From an uncultured Gammaproteobacteria bacterium (GTDB lineage: Bacteria; Pseudomonadota; Gammaproteobacteria; CAWCPV01), in the NCBI GenBank assembly GCA_963797555.1, contig CAWCPV010000009.1:32001-96000 (forward strand): a stretch of 64,000 nucleotides of DNA. The letters run 5' to 3'. Position numbers and translations under genes: made by a program. The notes beneath the pieces were generated by a model, which saw only the letters and a program-made list of their open reading frames with translations, was not told the DNA's origin and searched no databases. Below are positions 9,422 to 22,719 of the stretch, piece by piece. Each line of letters opens with the position of its first letter. The first letter of the stretch is position 1.

Positions 9422-10230
9422 CCAGTGTTTCTCGGCGGGAGATCTCATTCCCCTGGCGTGCTGCCCCGATAATGGCCGGTCGCCATTTCATTTGCCGCTC
9501 AGGGGCGCATGCCCTCTGTCGGTTGTTAAGCTCGGATGCACCGCTGAACGGAAGCGTTCACTCGGAAGGCATTAAAGAACCGAGTAGAAGCACCACGCCC
9601 GTGCCCTGAATCTGCACCCAGTTTGTCGAGGTGCGTCACTGTCGGGGAACCGCGGTCAGTTCCCACAGCCGCGCGGGTGCCACTTCCAGACCGTAGCGGA
9701 ATCCTGTCTGGCTGTGATCTGTCTGGCTTGTGATGAATGCCTTCGCGAAGTATACGGGGGTGGACGCCGGTCTGCCGGCCCAGTTGGGGGCTAAGAGCGG
9801 CGCGTAGGTTTCGACCCTGCGTTGGGGCAGCCCCAAGCTCTCCTGCCGATTGTGGCTAACGTTCTCGGCACGCAGGGAACAGCGTCATAGGTCTCGGAGA
9901 TCGGGGAACCCTCGTTGGCGGAACACTTGGTGTTCTGTTGCATCCGCGGTCCGTTTCGCCAGCCGTGTACCTGACATTCAGGATGATAGAGGTCGGCCGG
10001 CCACCCCAGCGTCCAGCGTAGCCCGGAAGGATTCGGCCTGAGGGCCTGGCCTGTGTGCCTTATGGTCCGTCAGCCCCGTTTCGAGGTGATGGAACTTGGG
10101 GCGTTGCGAGGAAGGCCGGTACCCGCGACGAACAAATCATCCGTGGTCGGCTTGGGCCGGCCAGTCGCAGTATCAGTATCAAATCTTAAAGTTCCGCCCT
10201 CGGAACAACTACTTAGGAGGAGTGTAGGCC

Positions 10231-13200
10231 ATGCGTCACAGCTATCTTTGGGCGCTTCTATTGGGATTCCTGACGATGGTCTCCCTGGGCCAGCCAACAA
10301 CGTTGGCGCCCGGGGCGCTCCCTGCGGCGGCTGGGCTAAGCCAGGCTTTCCAGGCCCGTGCACAGCTCACGACCGTTGCCTTCAGTCCGAATGGAGAGAC
10401 CGTGGCGGCGGTAGGAAATGACCACGGTGTCGTGCTCTGGGACATACGCTCCGGCCAGGAACGTTTCCCTTTATTTTGGAACGGATCCCCGATCACGGCG
10501 GTCGCGTTTAGCCCGGATGGAAAGACCTTGGCGGGCATTGGCGACGATGACCGGATCACCTTGTGGAATGCGCTGAGCGGCCAGGAGCGCGTTACCGTAT
10601 CCGCCGACCGCTTTGGCGCCCACGTGACGGACGTGGCTTTCAGCCCGGATAGCAAGGCTCTGGCCAGCATCGGAGCTAATGATGCACGGGTCATCGTGTG
10701 GGACACGGCGACCGGTGCAGCCAGATTGGTATTATCCGGTCATGGCGACCCTGTCAACGCGATAGCCTTTAGTCCCGATGGAAAGCTGTTAGCCAGTGGC
10801 GGCAAAGATTCAGAGGTCATCTTGTGGGACCCGGCCACGGGTGCGGAAACGGCGGCCCTTGCTGGCCTTGATGGCGCGGCCGTGAACCAGGTGACTTTCA
10901 GCCCCAACGGCAAGACGCTGGCCAGCACGGGCTCGGATAACAAGATCCGGGTGTGGGATGTGGCGACGGGCGCCCTTCAACAGACCCTCGATACCCACGC
11001 GGGTGCCGTCACCCAGGCCGCCTTTAGTCCGGACGGCAGCACCCTGGTGAGCGTGGACAACGGCACTAGGATCGACCTCTGGGATGTTGCCACCGGCCAG
11101 ATCCGCTTAACCCTAACCCATGCTCCGGGCGTCACAGTAAACAACGTCGCCTTTAGCCCGGACGGTCAGATTCTGGCCAGTGCGGCGGATGACACTGAGA
11201 TCATGCTTTGGGATATGGGCACCGGCAATTTGCGCGGTGTTCTCAGCGGCGGGTCTGACTTTGCGGTCGCGGTGGCCTTCGGTGCCGATGGGACGATGCT
11301 CGCAAGCGTGGCCAGGGATGGCCGGATTACCCTATGGGATATCACCACCGGTGCCCGAGTCCTCAGTGCCCTCGGGCCGCCGCCTATTATCGACCCCAGT
11401 ACCGCTAGCGGCGCCAACCTGGGGAGCCTTGACGCGGCCTTCAACACCTCTGGTCAACCGAACGGAGCTACGAGCGTATCAGCGCCCGCTTCCGCGGTCT
11501 CCCAGTCCGCGCTTTCACAAGCCGCCACGGCGCCTGTTTCGACCGGCGCCAGCAAAGGGCCAACTCCACGCAACAGAACTCATGCGCAGAATCGCAAGGG
11601 GGTCATCGCACTTGCCCTCAGCCCCGATGGGGCGCTATTGGGCAGCGCCAGTGACGACGATCGCATCCGTATATGGAACGCAGCGACAGGCCAGGTGAGA
11701 CTCACGCTCAGCGGTCTCCCGGGGGCCTTGGTGACGGGCGTTGCCTTCACGGGGGATGGGAAGCGGCTTGCGACCGTCGCCAGGGACAGCGTGGTGCGTC
11801 TGTGGGATGTGACTAGTGGAGCTGCGACCCAGGTTCTCCGAGGCCACGAACAACCCATCCGGGCCATCGCCAGCAGCCCGGATGGCAAGTTCTTGGCGAG
11901 CGCCGGAGAGGAGACCCGCATCATGCTTTGGGATGCGTCGACTGGCAGGCTGAGCAAGGTTCTGAACGGCCATACAGACTTTGTCAACGGCGTCGCCTTT
12001 AGCCCCGACAGCAAGCTGCTGGTGAGCGCGGGCGCCGACGCCCAGGTCTTGGTCTGGGATGTTGCAACTGGAAAACTGCTGCAGACGCTGCGCGGACATA
12101 GCAGTGATGTCAATGCCGTCGCTTTCAGCCCGGACGGAAGGCTCGTCGCAAGCGCCGGCGACGACAGTCTCGTTATCGTCTGGGATGTCGTCACCGGAGT
12201 GCAGTGGCCGCCCCTTCAGGGACATCAGCAACCGGTCAGCGCGGTCGCGTTCAGCCCGAACGGCCAGTTGCTTGCCAGCGCCGGCGAAGATGCCCGTATC
12301 ATTCTATGGGACGTGGCGACCCATACACTGCGCAAGATCCTCTCAGGGACTCCCAATGTCATCAACGCGCTGATCTTCGGCAAAGGCGGAACGTCGCTGA
12401 TGGCCGGCAGTGCGGACAACGCGTTGAGATTTTGGGACCTGTCCCGGTCTGCGGTCAGCAACACCATCCAGGTGCCAAACCTGCCGCCCGCGACTGCGAG
12501 CTCCACTGTAGCCCCGGCCGCGACCACCATTAGCTTAAACCTAGCGACCCCCTTCCCCCGTACGCCCGCGGAGATAGGGCAACTGAGACATGGCCGCAGC
12601 CCGAGCAATGGGCGACTGTCTGAGCTGGGCATTCTGGATCGGCTGTGGAACTGGGTGCTGCCTGCGGCCGATGCCGCAACCCTGCCCGATCCCAACCAGG
12701 GTCCTGGCGGACCCATCCTCGTCGTCACCTCGGCTTCCTCCACGTACGGCAAATATTACGCGGAGATCCTGCGCACCGAAGGACTCAATGAATTTGCCGT
12801 GATGGATGCTGCAGCCGTGACGTCGACGACGCTGAATGCCTATGATGCGGTCATCCTCGCGACGCCGTTGGCTGCTTTTCAGCAGATCCCTGATCCGGTC
12901 AGCATGTTGAGCAGTTGGGTAACCGCCGGCGGAAAGTTGATTGCGATGCAGCCCGACCCGCAGCTCGCCAGCCTGCTCGGACTCACCTCGACCGGGTTCA
13001 CGCTGTCCAATGGCTACCTGCTCGTGGATACGTCGAAGGCGCCCGGCAACGGTGTCGTGAGCCAGCCAATGCAGTTCCACGGCACTGCGGACCTCTATAC
13101 GCTGAGTGGCGCTGCGAGCGTGGCCATGCTTTATACGAATGTGACCACGGCCACACCAAATCCCGCGGTAACGCTGCGTAGCGTCGGCCCCAACGGTGGC

Positions 13201-16200
13201 CAGGCTGCGGCCTTTACCTATGATCTGGCCACGTCCATTGTGTACTCGCGCCAGGGAAACCCGGCGTGGGCAACACAAGAGCGCGATGGAGTATCGCCGA
13301 TCCGTTCCGATGATAAGTTCTATGGCGCGGCCGCCGGCGATCCGCAGCCGGACTGGGTAGATCTGGACCATGAGGTAGCGGTCCCTCAGGCCGACGAGCA
13401 ACAGCGGCTGCTGGCCAATCTCATCCTCCAGATGGATCTCGACAAGAAACCTTTGCCCCGATTCTGGTACTTCCCTCGCGGCAAGAAGGCCGTCGTGATC
13501 ATGACCGGCGACGATCACGCCAATGGGGGGACCGCGGGTCGATTCGACCAGTACATCGCCGCCAGCCCTGCCGGGTGCAGCGTGGCGAACTGGGAGTGCA
13601 TCCGATCCACCTCATATATCTATGTCGAGCCCGATAATCTAACGAATGCTCAGGCCGCGAGTTACACGGCGCAGGGCTTCGAGGTGGGGCTCCACCTCAA
13701 TACCAATTGCGCCGATTTCACACCAGACCAACTGGACACCTTCTATAGCCAGCAGGTTTCGGATTTCACGAGCTCCTATCCGAGTGTCCCGGCCCTGTAT
13801 ACCCAGCGGCACCATTGCATCGCTTGGAGCGACTGGGTCACGGGTGCGAAGACGGAGTTCAAATATGGAATGCGGCTAGACACCAGCTATTACTTTTGGC
13901 CGCCCGGTTGGCTGCAAAACCGTCCGGGCTTTTTCACCGGCTCTGCCATGCCCATGCGTTTCGCGGACCTCAATGGGACCATCATCGATGTCTACAACGC
14001 CACAACGCAGATGACCGATGAATCGGGCCAGAGCTATCCGTTCACGAGCGACGCCCTGTTGAGCGCAGCGGTAGGCCCACAGGGCTACTACGGGGCCTAT
14101 ACGGTCAACGCGCACACGGATAGCGTCGATAATCCGGTGTCCGACGCGGTCGTGGCTTCCGCCCTCGCGCGCGGCGTACCCATCGTGTCCAGCGTTCAAA
14201 TGCTGAACTGGCTGGACGCCCGCAACGCTTCTTTCTTCGGCGGCCTGACCTGGAGTGGCAATGCCCTGAACTTTACTGTCACACCCGGGAACGGCGCCAA
14301 CGGCCTGCAGGCCATGGTGCCCACGCATTCCAGTGCCGGGGTGCTCAGTGGCATCACGGGTCCCAGCGGCAACGTGGCATACACGACCGATAGCATCAAA
14401 GGCATCGAGTATGCCTTTTTCTCCGCCGCTGCAGGGGCCTACACCGCCACCTATGCGGCAGACACGACGCTGCCGACCGTGACTTCGACCTCCCCCGCTA
14501 CTGGCGTCACCGGGGTGAGCCAGGGCACGACGGTCACGGCCACGTTTAGCAAGGCGATGGACTCGGCCACGATCAATACGGGGAGCGTCGTCTTGCTTGG
14601 CCCTGGCAGCAGTGCGGTGCCGGCGACAGTAACCTACGCTGCGGGCAATGACACCGCAACGCTCTCGCCAAACAGCGTCCTCGCGGCGTCGACGACCTAC
14701 ACCGCCACCGTGAAGGGTGGCGTCGCCAAGGACTTGTCGGGCAATGCGCTCGCTGCCGATTACACATGGTCCTTCACGACGGCCGCCGCGCCGCCCTGTC
14801 CGTGCAGTGGTTGGAGCAGTTCCACGACGCCCGCGAATCCGTCAGAGGCCGATCCGAATCCCGTGGAATTGGGGGTCAAGTTCCGCACGGATGTAGGCGG
14901 TGTGATTACCGGTATTCGCTTCTACAAGGGGACCAGCAACACGGGCACTCACGTCGGCAACCTTTGGACCACCACAGGGCAGTTGCTGGCGACGGCAAAC
15001 TTCACCAACGAGACCGCCACGGGTTGGCAGCAGGTGACCTTTTCCAGTCCTGTCCCAGTGAGCGCCAATATCGTTTACGTCGCGTCGTACTTCGCGCCTA
15101 ATGGGAATTACGCCGCCGACACCAATTATTTTGCCAACACGGGCGTGGATAACTACCCGGTTCATCTGTTGCAGGACGGGGTGAGCGGGGGCAACGGCGT
15201 GTATAACTATGGCGCCAGCTCGTCCTTCCCCGCTTCCACCTATCAGTCGAGCAATTACTGGGTGGACGTGGTCTTTACCACGAATGCGGGCCCTGCCCCG
15301 CTGAGCGTGACCGCGACGACGCCGGCCAATGGCGCGACGGGGGTGAGTCCGGGCATGGAGGGCTCGGGAATCACCATCAATGCCACCTTCAACAATACCC
15401 TCGATACGACGACCATCAGCGCATCGACCTTTACCTTGAAAGATGCCAGCAGCACGCTGGTACCCGCCTCCGTCAGCGCGGCCGGGAACACGGCGACGCT
15501 CACCGCGACCAGTCCGCTGGCGACCTCGACGACTTATACCGCCGCCCTGACCACTGGTGTGAAGGATGTCAATGGCAGCGCCCTGGCCGCCAATTACACG
15601 TGGTCCTTCACCACGGCGGGCGGGAGTGGCGGTTGCAGCTCCCCGCCGAACTCCATCGTGGCCGAGAACTGTCTGCCGGGAAACCCGGCATCCGAATGGG
15701 ATATCTCCGGCGCTGGCGATCCGAGCATCCAGGGCTTCGCGACGGATATCAGCGTGAACAAGGGGGGCACGGTCAACTTCAAGATCGATACTGATGCCAC
15801 CGCCTACCGCCTGGACATCTATCGAATGGGTTATTACGGTGGAATGGGGGCGCGCAAGGTGGCCACGATACAGCCTTCCGCACCCTTGCCGCAGACGCAG
15901 CCCGCCTGTTTGACTGATGCTGCTACCGGGCTCATCGACTGCGGGAACTGGGCGGTGTCCGCTTCGTGGACCGTACCGACCACGGCGACATCGGGAATTT
16001 ACTTTGCCCACGCGGTGCGCACGGATACCGGCGGGGACAGCCACATCTTCTTTATTGTGCGAGACGACGCGAGCCGCTCCGACGTCCTGTTCCAGACCTC
16101 GGACACGACCTGGCAGGCATACAACGACTATGGCGGCAACAACCTCTACACCGGGTCGCCGGGCACGAACCCCGCGCGGGCCTACAAGGTGAGCTACAAC

Positions 16201-19200
16201 CGCCCGTTCCACACCCGGGTATATGAGCCCGAGAGCTGGGTGTTCAACGGCGAGTACCCGATGGTGCGCTGGCTCGAGGCCAACGGCTATGACGTGACGT
16301 ATTTCACTGGGGTCGACGCAGACCGCAGCGGTGCGCTCATCGAAAACCACAAGGTGTGGATGTCGAACGGCCACGATGAATACTGGTCGGGCCTCGAGCG
16401 GACGAACGTAGAAGCGGCCCGGGACGCCGGAGTCAACCTGGCCTTCTTCAGCGGCAATACGATTTTCTGGAAGACGCGCTGGGAGAATGCGATCGACGGC
16501 TCCGGTACACCCTACCGTACCCTGGTCTGCTACAAGGAGACGCACGCCAACCGGGTGATTGACCCTTCGGATCCGCCCACCTGGACGGGCACTTGGCGAG
16601 ACCCACGCTTCAGTCCGCCAGCGGACGGCGGGCGGCCGGAGAACGCGCTGGTGGGAACGATTTTCCGCATCAACGGACCATACACCGAGGCCATCACGGT
16701 ACCGGCCGAGGATGGAAAGATGCGGTTCTGGCGCAATACCCCGGTGGCCGCGCTGGCCGCTGGTCAAACCGCCACGCTCGCTCCCGGCACCCTGGGGGCT
16801 GAGGTGGACGTGGACGAGGACAACGGCTTTCGGCCACCCGGTCTCTTCGGGGTTTCCACCAACCCCATCACCACGGGCAGCAATTATCTGGAGGATTACG
16901 GAAGCACCTACGGTGCGGGCACGGCGACCCAGAAGGTGACGCTGTACAAGGCGCCAAGCGGCGCCTGGGTGCTCGGCGCTGGCACCTACCAGTGGTCGTG
17001 GGGTCTGGACTCCAACCACGACCGTAGCAGCCTGGGAGCGACCACCAATGGCGCGATGCAGCAGGCGACCGTAAACCTGTTCGCCGATATGGGCGTGCAG
17101 CCCGCCACCCTCGAGCCGGGCCTGACGCTGGCAACGGCGTCGACCGATACGGTCGCTCCAACTCGGCGATTACCTCGCCTACGGCCGGCGCGAACGTGCC
17201 GCAGGGTAGTCCGCTGACGATCAGCGGCACGGCGACCGATACAGGGGGTGGTGTCGTCGGAGGGGTCGAGGTTTCACTCGATGGCGGTACGACCTGGCAT
17301 CCTGCTATTGGGCGTGGGACTTGGAGCTACATATGGACGCCCAGTGCAGCGGGTTCGGTAACCCTCAAGAGCCGCGCGGTCGACGATAGCGGGAATCTGG
17401 AAACCCCCAATGCCGGCGTCACCGTTACGGTCGGCGCAGGCGGAACGGGCTGCACGAGCAGCTGCACCATCTGGCCCAGCACGGCGGTGCCGACGCTGGT
17501 GGATGGTGGCCCGGACAGCGCGGTGGAGCTAGGGGTCAAGTTCAGGTCCGATGTGGCAGGTACCATCTCCGGCATCCGGTTCTACAAGGCGAGCACCAAC
17601 ACCGGCACGCATGTCGGCAACCTGTGGTCGAGCACCGGGACAAAGCTCGCGACGGTCACGTTCAGTGGCGAGAGCGCCTCCGGGTGGCAGCAGGCGAGCT
17701 TCTCGCCGCCGGTTGCGATCACCGCCAACACCGTCTACGTGGCCTCGTATCACACCACCGTTGGGCACTACAGCGCCGACGTGAACTATTTTTCGAGCAA
17801 CGGGGTAGACAATCCGCCGCTGCACGCGCTGGCCAACGGGGTCTCGGGCGGCAACGGGGTGTACGCCTATGGGGCGAGCAGTGCCTTCCCGAGCCAGACC
17901 TGGAACAGCGCCAACTACTGGGTGGATGTGGTGTTCAGTTCAGGTCCGGCGCCGACGCTGCAGTCGATCGCAGTGACACCGGTAAACCCGACGATTCAGA
18001 CCGGGGGGACACAGCAGTTCACCGCTACCGGGACCTACTCGGATAGCTCCACGCAGAACCTCACTAGTCAAGTGACCTGGAGCTCGTCGGCGACATCGGT
18101 GGCGACCGTCAGTACAAGCGGGTTGGCGACCGGCGTCGGTGCCGGCAGTACGACGATCTCGGCGGCGCTGGGCAGTGTTTCCGGGGGCACTGGGCTGACT
18201 GTAAAGGCCGCGCCGACGCTGCAATCGATCGCAGTGACACCGGCGAACCCGACGATTCAGACCGGGGGGGCACAGCAGTTCACCGCTACCGGGACCTACT
18301 CGGATAACTCCACGCAGAACCTCACCAGTCAGGTGACCTGGAGACTCGTCGAGCACCGCGGTGGCTACTGTCAGTGCAAGCGGGTTGGCGACTGGCGTAG
18401 GAGCCGGCAGCACGACCATCTCGGCGGCGCTGAGCAGTGTTTCCGGGAGCACTGGGCTGACGGTGCAGGCTGCGCCGCTGGCGATCACTACGGCATCGCT
18501 ACCCGCCGGGACCGTGGGTGTGGCCTACTCGGCGACACTCACGGCGAGCGGTGGGACCCCGCCGTACACTTGGTCTCTCGCAAGCGGTTCGCTGCCCGCT
18601 GGCCTGACCTTGAACTCCAGCGCCATCAGCGGGACGCCCACGGCGGCGGGTACTGCCAACTTCACGGTTCAGGTGTTCGATTCTGCCAGCCCTGCCGCAA
18701 ACATCACCAAGGCGCTGAGCATCACCGTCGCCGCAGCCGCGACCGCCGTCACCATCTGGCCCAGCACGACGGTGCCGGGGACGGCAGACGCCGGTCCGGA
18801 CAGTGCGGTGGAGCTAGGGGTCAAGTTCCGGTCCGATGTTGCGGGCAGGATCACCAGCATCCGTTTCTACAAGGGGAGCGGTAACACCGGGACGCATGTC
18901 GGAAACCTGTGGTCGAGTACCGGCACCAACCTAGCCTCGGTCACCTTCAGTGGCGAGACCACCTCCGGATGGCAGCAGGCGAACTTTGCCACACCAGTGT
19001 CCATCACCGCCAACACCGTGTATGTCGCTTCGTATCACACCAACGTCGGGCATTATGCCGATAACCAGAACTACTTTGCGACCGCGGGGGTAGATAATCC
19101 GCCGCTGCATGCGCTTCAGAACGGTGTGTCGGGCGGGAACGGGGTGTACCGTTATGGCTCGAGCAGCGGGTTCCCGAACCAGACATGGAATACCTCCAAC

Positions 19201-19230
19201 TATTGGGTGGATGTGGTGTTCTCACAGTAA
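10231..19230 (+). CDS. giant (~3000 aa) secreted multidomain protein: WD40 propellers, deacetylase-like region, Ig-like repeats, 3x DUF4082, N,N-dimethylformamidase-beta-like domain (two frameshifts)
   Basis: AGGAGG RBS and signal peptide; VAFSPDG..WD repeats; [14 protein letters not shown] x3; adding 1 nt near 17163 (DTVAPTSAITSP) and removing 1 nt near 18344 joins ORFs 10231-17217, 17196-18884 and 18361-19230. Confidence 0.85.
17951..18470 (+). repeat. two tandem 261-bp Big_2-like Ig repeats
   Basis: [29 protein letters not shown] twice; starts 17951 and 18212. Confidence 0.9.
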
Positions 19231-19615
19231 ATATTGCCATCCAGGGTCCTCGATGGCACGGTGCACCCTAGCTCGCTGCGGCTGCCTTCGGACAGGCTCG
19301 ACACCAACGGCGGACCTTCCTTTTGGGGATTACTGGTCGGGAGCCTCCTGCCCCCCGGTCGGGCAGCCGGCGTTCGCGTGGCTGCCAAGGGCGGAAAACC
19401 GCGTGCGGAGGGTAGACCTGATTGCCGGTATCGCCTCCGCCTGAGCAGCCCATTGTGGACTCGTCGGCTTGGGGCACGACTTCAGGAGTTGTCTTCTCTG
19501 GCCCGGGGGCTGGCTGGTACGATGTGTCACCAGCGCGGGCTGATCCGCACTCCGGAGCCAAATTCGCATTTCCACGCTTGTGCAGACCCGGCGACCAACG
19601 ATAGCGAGACCTATA

Positions 19616-20101
19616 ATGATCGCAGAAAGCGTAGAGTTAAGTGGCACCGTCATCATACATCAACCGGATCTAGTGAATTTGTATGGCTGCAGGATCGCTG
19701 ACGGCACGCGAATCGGCGCATTTGTCGAGATCCAAAAAGGGGCGGAGGTTGGTCGCAATTGTAAGATTTCTAGCCACAGTTTTGTTTGTGAAGGTGTCGT
19801 GATAGAGGAGGGAGTATTCGTCGGCCACGGGGTCATGTTTATCAACGATATCTACCCCAGCGCGGTCACAGAAGAGGGCGGTTTGCAAACCGAAGCGGAT
19901 TGGGAGGTGATTAGGACGCGAGTCAAGATGCGCGCTTCTATCGGCAGCAATGCCACCATTCTGGCGGGGGTGACAATAGGAGAGGGTGCATTGGTCGGTG
20001 CCGGGGCGATCGTCACGCACGACGTGCCAGACTATGCGATCGTTGTTGGCGGACCTGCCCGAGTGATTGGCGACGTTCGGAACAAGAAACGTAATCGATG
20101 A
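19616..20101 (+). CDS. hexapeptide-repeat N-acyltransferase (WbpD/WxcM-like)
   Basis: [34 protein letters not shown]; ATG at 19616 preferred to the track start 19580. Confidence 0.88.
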   Translation: MIAESVELSGTVIIHQPDLVNLYGCRIADGTRIGAFVEIQKGAEVGRNCKISSHSFVCEGVVIEEGVFVGHGVMFINDIYPSAVTEEGGLQTEADWEVIRTRVKMRASIGSNATILAGVTIGEGALVGAGAIVTHDVPDYAIVVGGPARVIGDVRNKKRNR

Positions 20102-20518
20102 CATTGGGTGATTCGGGGTAGTGTCCTTGGCCTCCACGCCTCCCCTGACGTTCTCCGGAGTGTTCGTCGGATCGCGAAAACGTCGGGAAACGTGCCTTGT
20201 TCCTGCCCAAGCCTCGCGAAGCGTCGCATCGGCGGGTTGAAGCGCAGGGCTCAGGGCACCGAGCGCCCCGGTGCGTCGGTGGCCTCGGTGCTTGCCTGGA
20301 CGCGGATAACACAGTCAAAGCCAAGATGCTCGGTCCTCACCCGCGCGCGGACGCGAGGTGACGCCGCAAGAGTAATGACTCAACTCGTGGCGAACACCTG
20401 CCGCCCGCCCAGGAGGCTCGCGCGGTCCTGTGCTAGTGGTCGTCGTCTTTTGGTGAACAACAGGACTCGCTGGACGAACGCTTGGGTTCGAGACCGGCGG
20501 GAACTGTCATAACTTCTA

Positions 20519-21589
20519 TTGAGAGGGATGCAACAAATGATTAGCATCGGCGTAATTGGGTACGGCTACTGGGGTCCCAACCTGGTTAGGAACTTTGCCG
20601 AAATCGACGGGGCTGTAGTTGCCGGCGTCGCGGATCAAGACGAGAAGAAGCTCGAAATCGTCCAACGGCGTTACCCGGCCATCAGGACGGCGACGCATTT
20701 CCAGGACTTGATCGAGGATCCGTCCATCGATGCGATCGCTGTGGCGACGCCCGTCAGTACACACTTCGAAGTGGGGGTGGCGGCGCTGAAGGCGGGGAAG
20801 CATTTGTGGCTGGAAAAGCCGATGACCGAAACGTCCCTTCAGGCGCATAAACTCATTGAGGAGGCCGAGCGCCGTCAACGAATCCTGTTTGTGGATCACA
20901 CCTTCGTATATACCGGGTCCGTGCGCAAGATGGGGGAAATCGTCAAGAGCGGCGATCTGGGTCGTGTCTACTACTACGATTCCACGCGTGTGAACCTTGG
21001 ACTCTTTCAGCGGGACGTAAATGTCATTTCAGACCTTGCCGTGCATGATTTCTCCATCTTGGATTATCTTTTGGGGGAACATCCAGTGGCTGTGTCGGCC
21101 AGCGGAATCAATCACTTCCCTGGTACGCCGGAGAACTTGGCGTACGTCACTCTGTTTTACGACTCCGGGGCGATAGCCCACGCCAATGTGAGCTGGCTCG
21201 CGCCGGTGAAAGTGCGTCAGATCCTGGTTGGCGGCAGCAAGAAGATGATCAGCTATGATGACCTGGAGCCGAGCGAAAAGGTGAGGGTGTACGACAAGGG
21301 CGTGAGCTTTACCGACGACCCGCAGCAGATTTACGAAATGCGGGTTGGCTACCGCACCGGTGATATGTGGGCGCCCAAGCTCGCCACAACGGAGGCGCTG
21401 CGTATCGGGGGCGAGCATTTTCTGGACTGCATCCGAAATGGTAAGAATCCGGATACGGATGGACATCTCGGTTTGCGAGTTGTCGAGCTCATCGAGGCTG
21501 CGACTAGTTCGATGCGCGGAAGAGGTGAAACGGTATATTTACAACGTCGGGGGCCGGTATATTTACAACGTCAGGGGAAAGTCGCGTGA
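20519..21589 (+). CDS. Gfo/Idh/MocA oxidoreductase
   Basis: IGYGYWGPNLVRNF, EKP, DLAVHD. Confidence 0.9.
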   Translation: MRGMQQMISIGVIGYGYWGPNLVRNFAEIDGAVVAGVADQDEKKLEIVQRRYPAIRTATHFQDLIEDPSIDAIAVATPVSTHFEVGVAALKAGKHLWLEKPMTETSLQAHKLIEEAERRQRILFVDHTFVYTGSVRKMGEIVKSGDLGRVYYYDSTRVNLGLFQRDVNVISDLAVHDFSILDYLLGEHPVAVSASGINHFPGTPENLAYVTLFYDSGAIAHANVSWLAPVKVRQILVGGSKKMISYDDLEPSEKVRVYDKGVSFTDDPQQIYEMRVGYRTGDMWAPKLATTEALRIGGEHFLDCIRNGKNPDTDGHLGLRVVELIEAATSSMRGRGETVYLQRRGPVYLQRQGKVA

Positions 21590-22719
21590 TTCCGTTTGTC
21601 GATCTCAAGGCTCAATATGCTTCGATCAGGGACGAGATCGGAGTCGCGATCCAGGGAATTCTGGAATCTTGCCAGTTTACACTCGGGAGCGAGGTGGCGG
21701 CATTCGAGAAGGAATTTGCAGCATACTGTCATGCGGAATATGGCATCGGCGTCAATTCCGGTACCAGTGCCCTGCATGTCGCTTTATTGGCGGCCGGCAT
21801 CGGGTCCGGTGACGAAGTCATCACGGTTCCGTTTACCTTCGTCGCTACGGTCGCGGCCATCCACTACACGGGCGCGAGACCGGTCTTCGTCGACATCGAG
21901 CCGCGGTCGTTTACGATGGACCCCACGGCCATTGAGGGTGCGATCACAGAGAAGACCAAGGCTATCCTGCCGGTGCATTTGTATGGTCAGCCAGCCGATA
22001 TGGACCCTATTTTGAAGATAGCCAAGAATCGCGGCCTGGTGGTAATCGAAGACGCGGCCCAAGCGCACGGCGCGGAGTACCGCGACAGACGCGTAGGCAG
22101 CCTGGGCGACATGAGTTGCTTCAGTTTCTATCCCGGTAAGAATCTAGGGGCGTACGGTGAAGGTGGCATGGTAGTTACCAACAACCCGGACTATGCGCGC
22201 ACCATGCGGATGCTTCGTGACTGGGGTGCGGAGCGGAAATACGAACACGTCATCAAGGGGTATAATTACCGCCTGGAGGGTATTCAGGGCGCCGTGCTTC
22301 GAGTTAAATTGCGTCACTTGGAAGCCTGGACGGAAGCGCGCCGATCCGCGGCATCACGCTACGACAAGCTACTGGCGGGCAGCGGCATTCCCACGCCGGA
22401 AGCGATGCCGTACTCTCGGCACGTCTATCACATCTATGCCATCCGTACCCCGCAGCGGCTCGCCTGGCAAGATGCGCTGCAAGCGCAAGGTATCCAGACG
22501 GGCATCCACTACCCGATACCGGTACACCTGCTTCCCGCATACGCCGACCTGGGCTACAAGGCGGGGGATTTCCCTCACTCCGAGCGGGCCGCGAACGAAA
22601 TGTTGTCATTGCCGATGTTCGCGGAGTTGACTCCAGCACAGTGCGAGGCGGTCGGCAGTGCCGTGAGGGATCTCGCGGGCGCCCCCGGGGTGGGGCTGAA
22701 ACTTCGGGCCAAGGGATAG
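21586..22719 (+). CDS. DegT/DnrJ/EryC1/StrS aminotransferase
   Basis: MIPFVDLKAQY, EDAAQAHG, SFYPGKNLGAYGEGG. Confidence 0.93.
   Translation: MIPFVDLKAQYASIRDEIGVAIQGILESCQFTLGSEVAAFEKEFAAYCHAEYGIGVNSGTSALHVALLAAGIGSGDEVITVPFTFVATVAAIHYTGARPVFVDIEPRSFTMDPTAIEGAITEKTKAILPVHLYGQPADMDPILKIAKNRGLVVIEDAAQAHGAEYRDRRVGSLGDMSCFSFYPGKNLGAYGEGGMVVTNNPDYARTMRMLRDWGAERKYEHVIKGYNYRLEGIQGAVLRVKLRHLEAWTEARRSAASRYDKLLAGSGIPTPEAMPYSRHVYHIYAIRTPQRLAWQDALQAQGIQTGIHYPIPVHLLPAYADLGYKAGDFPHSERAANEMLSLPMFAELTPAQCEAVGSAVRDLAGAPGVGLKLRAKG

Noticed and set aside
10231-12480. WD40 repeats as a NACHT/STAND anti-phage sensor
   Set aside because: Signal peptide present and no NTPase or effector domain.
14842-17019. 725-aa antisense ORF and other long antisense ORFs
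   Set aside because: Shadow frames of GC-rich genes with clear + strand identity.
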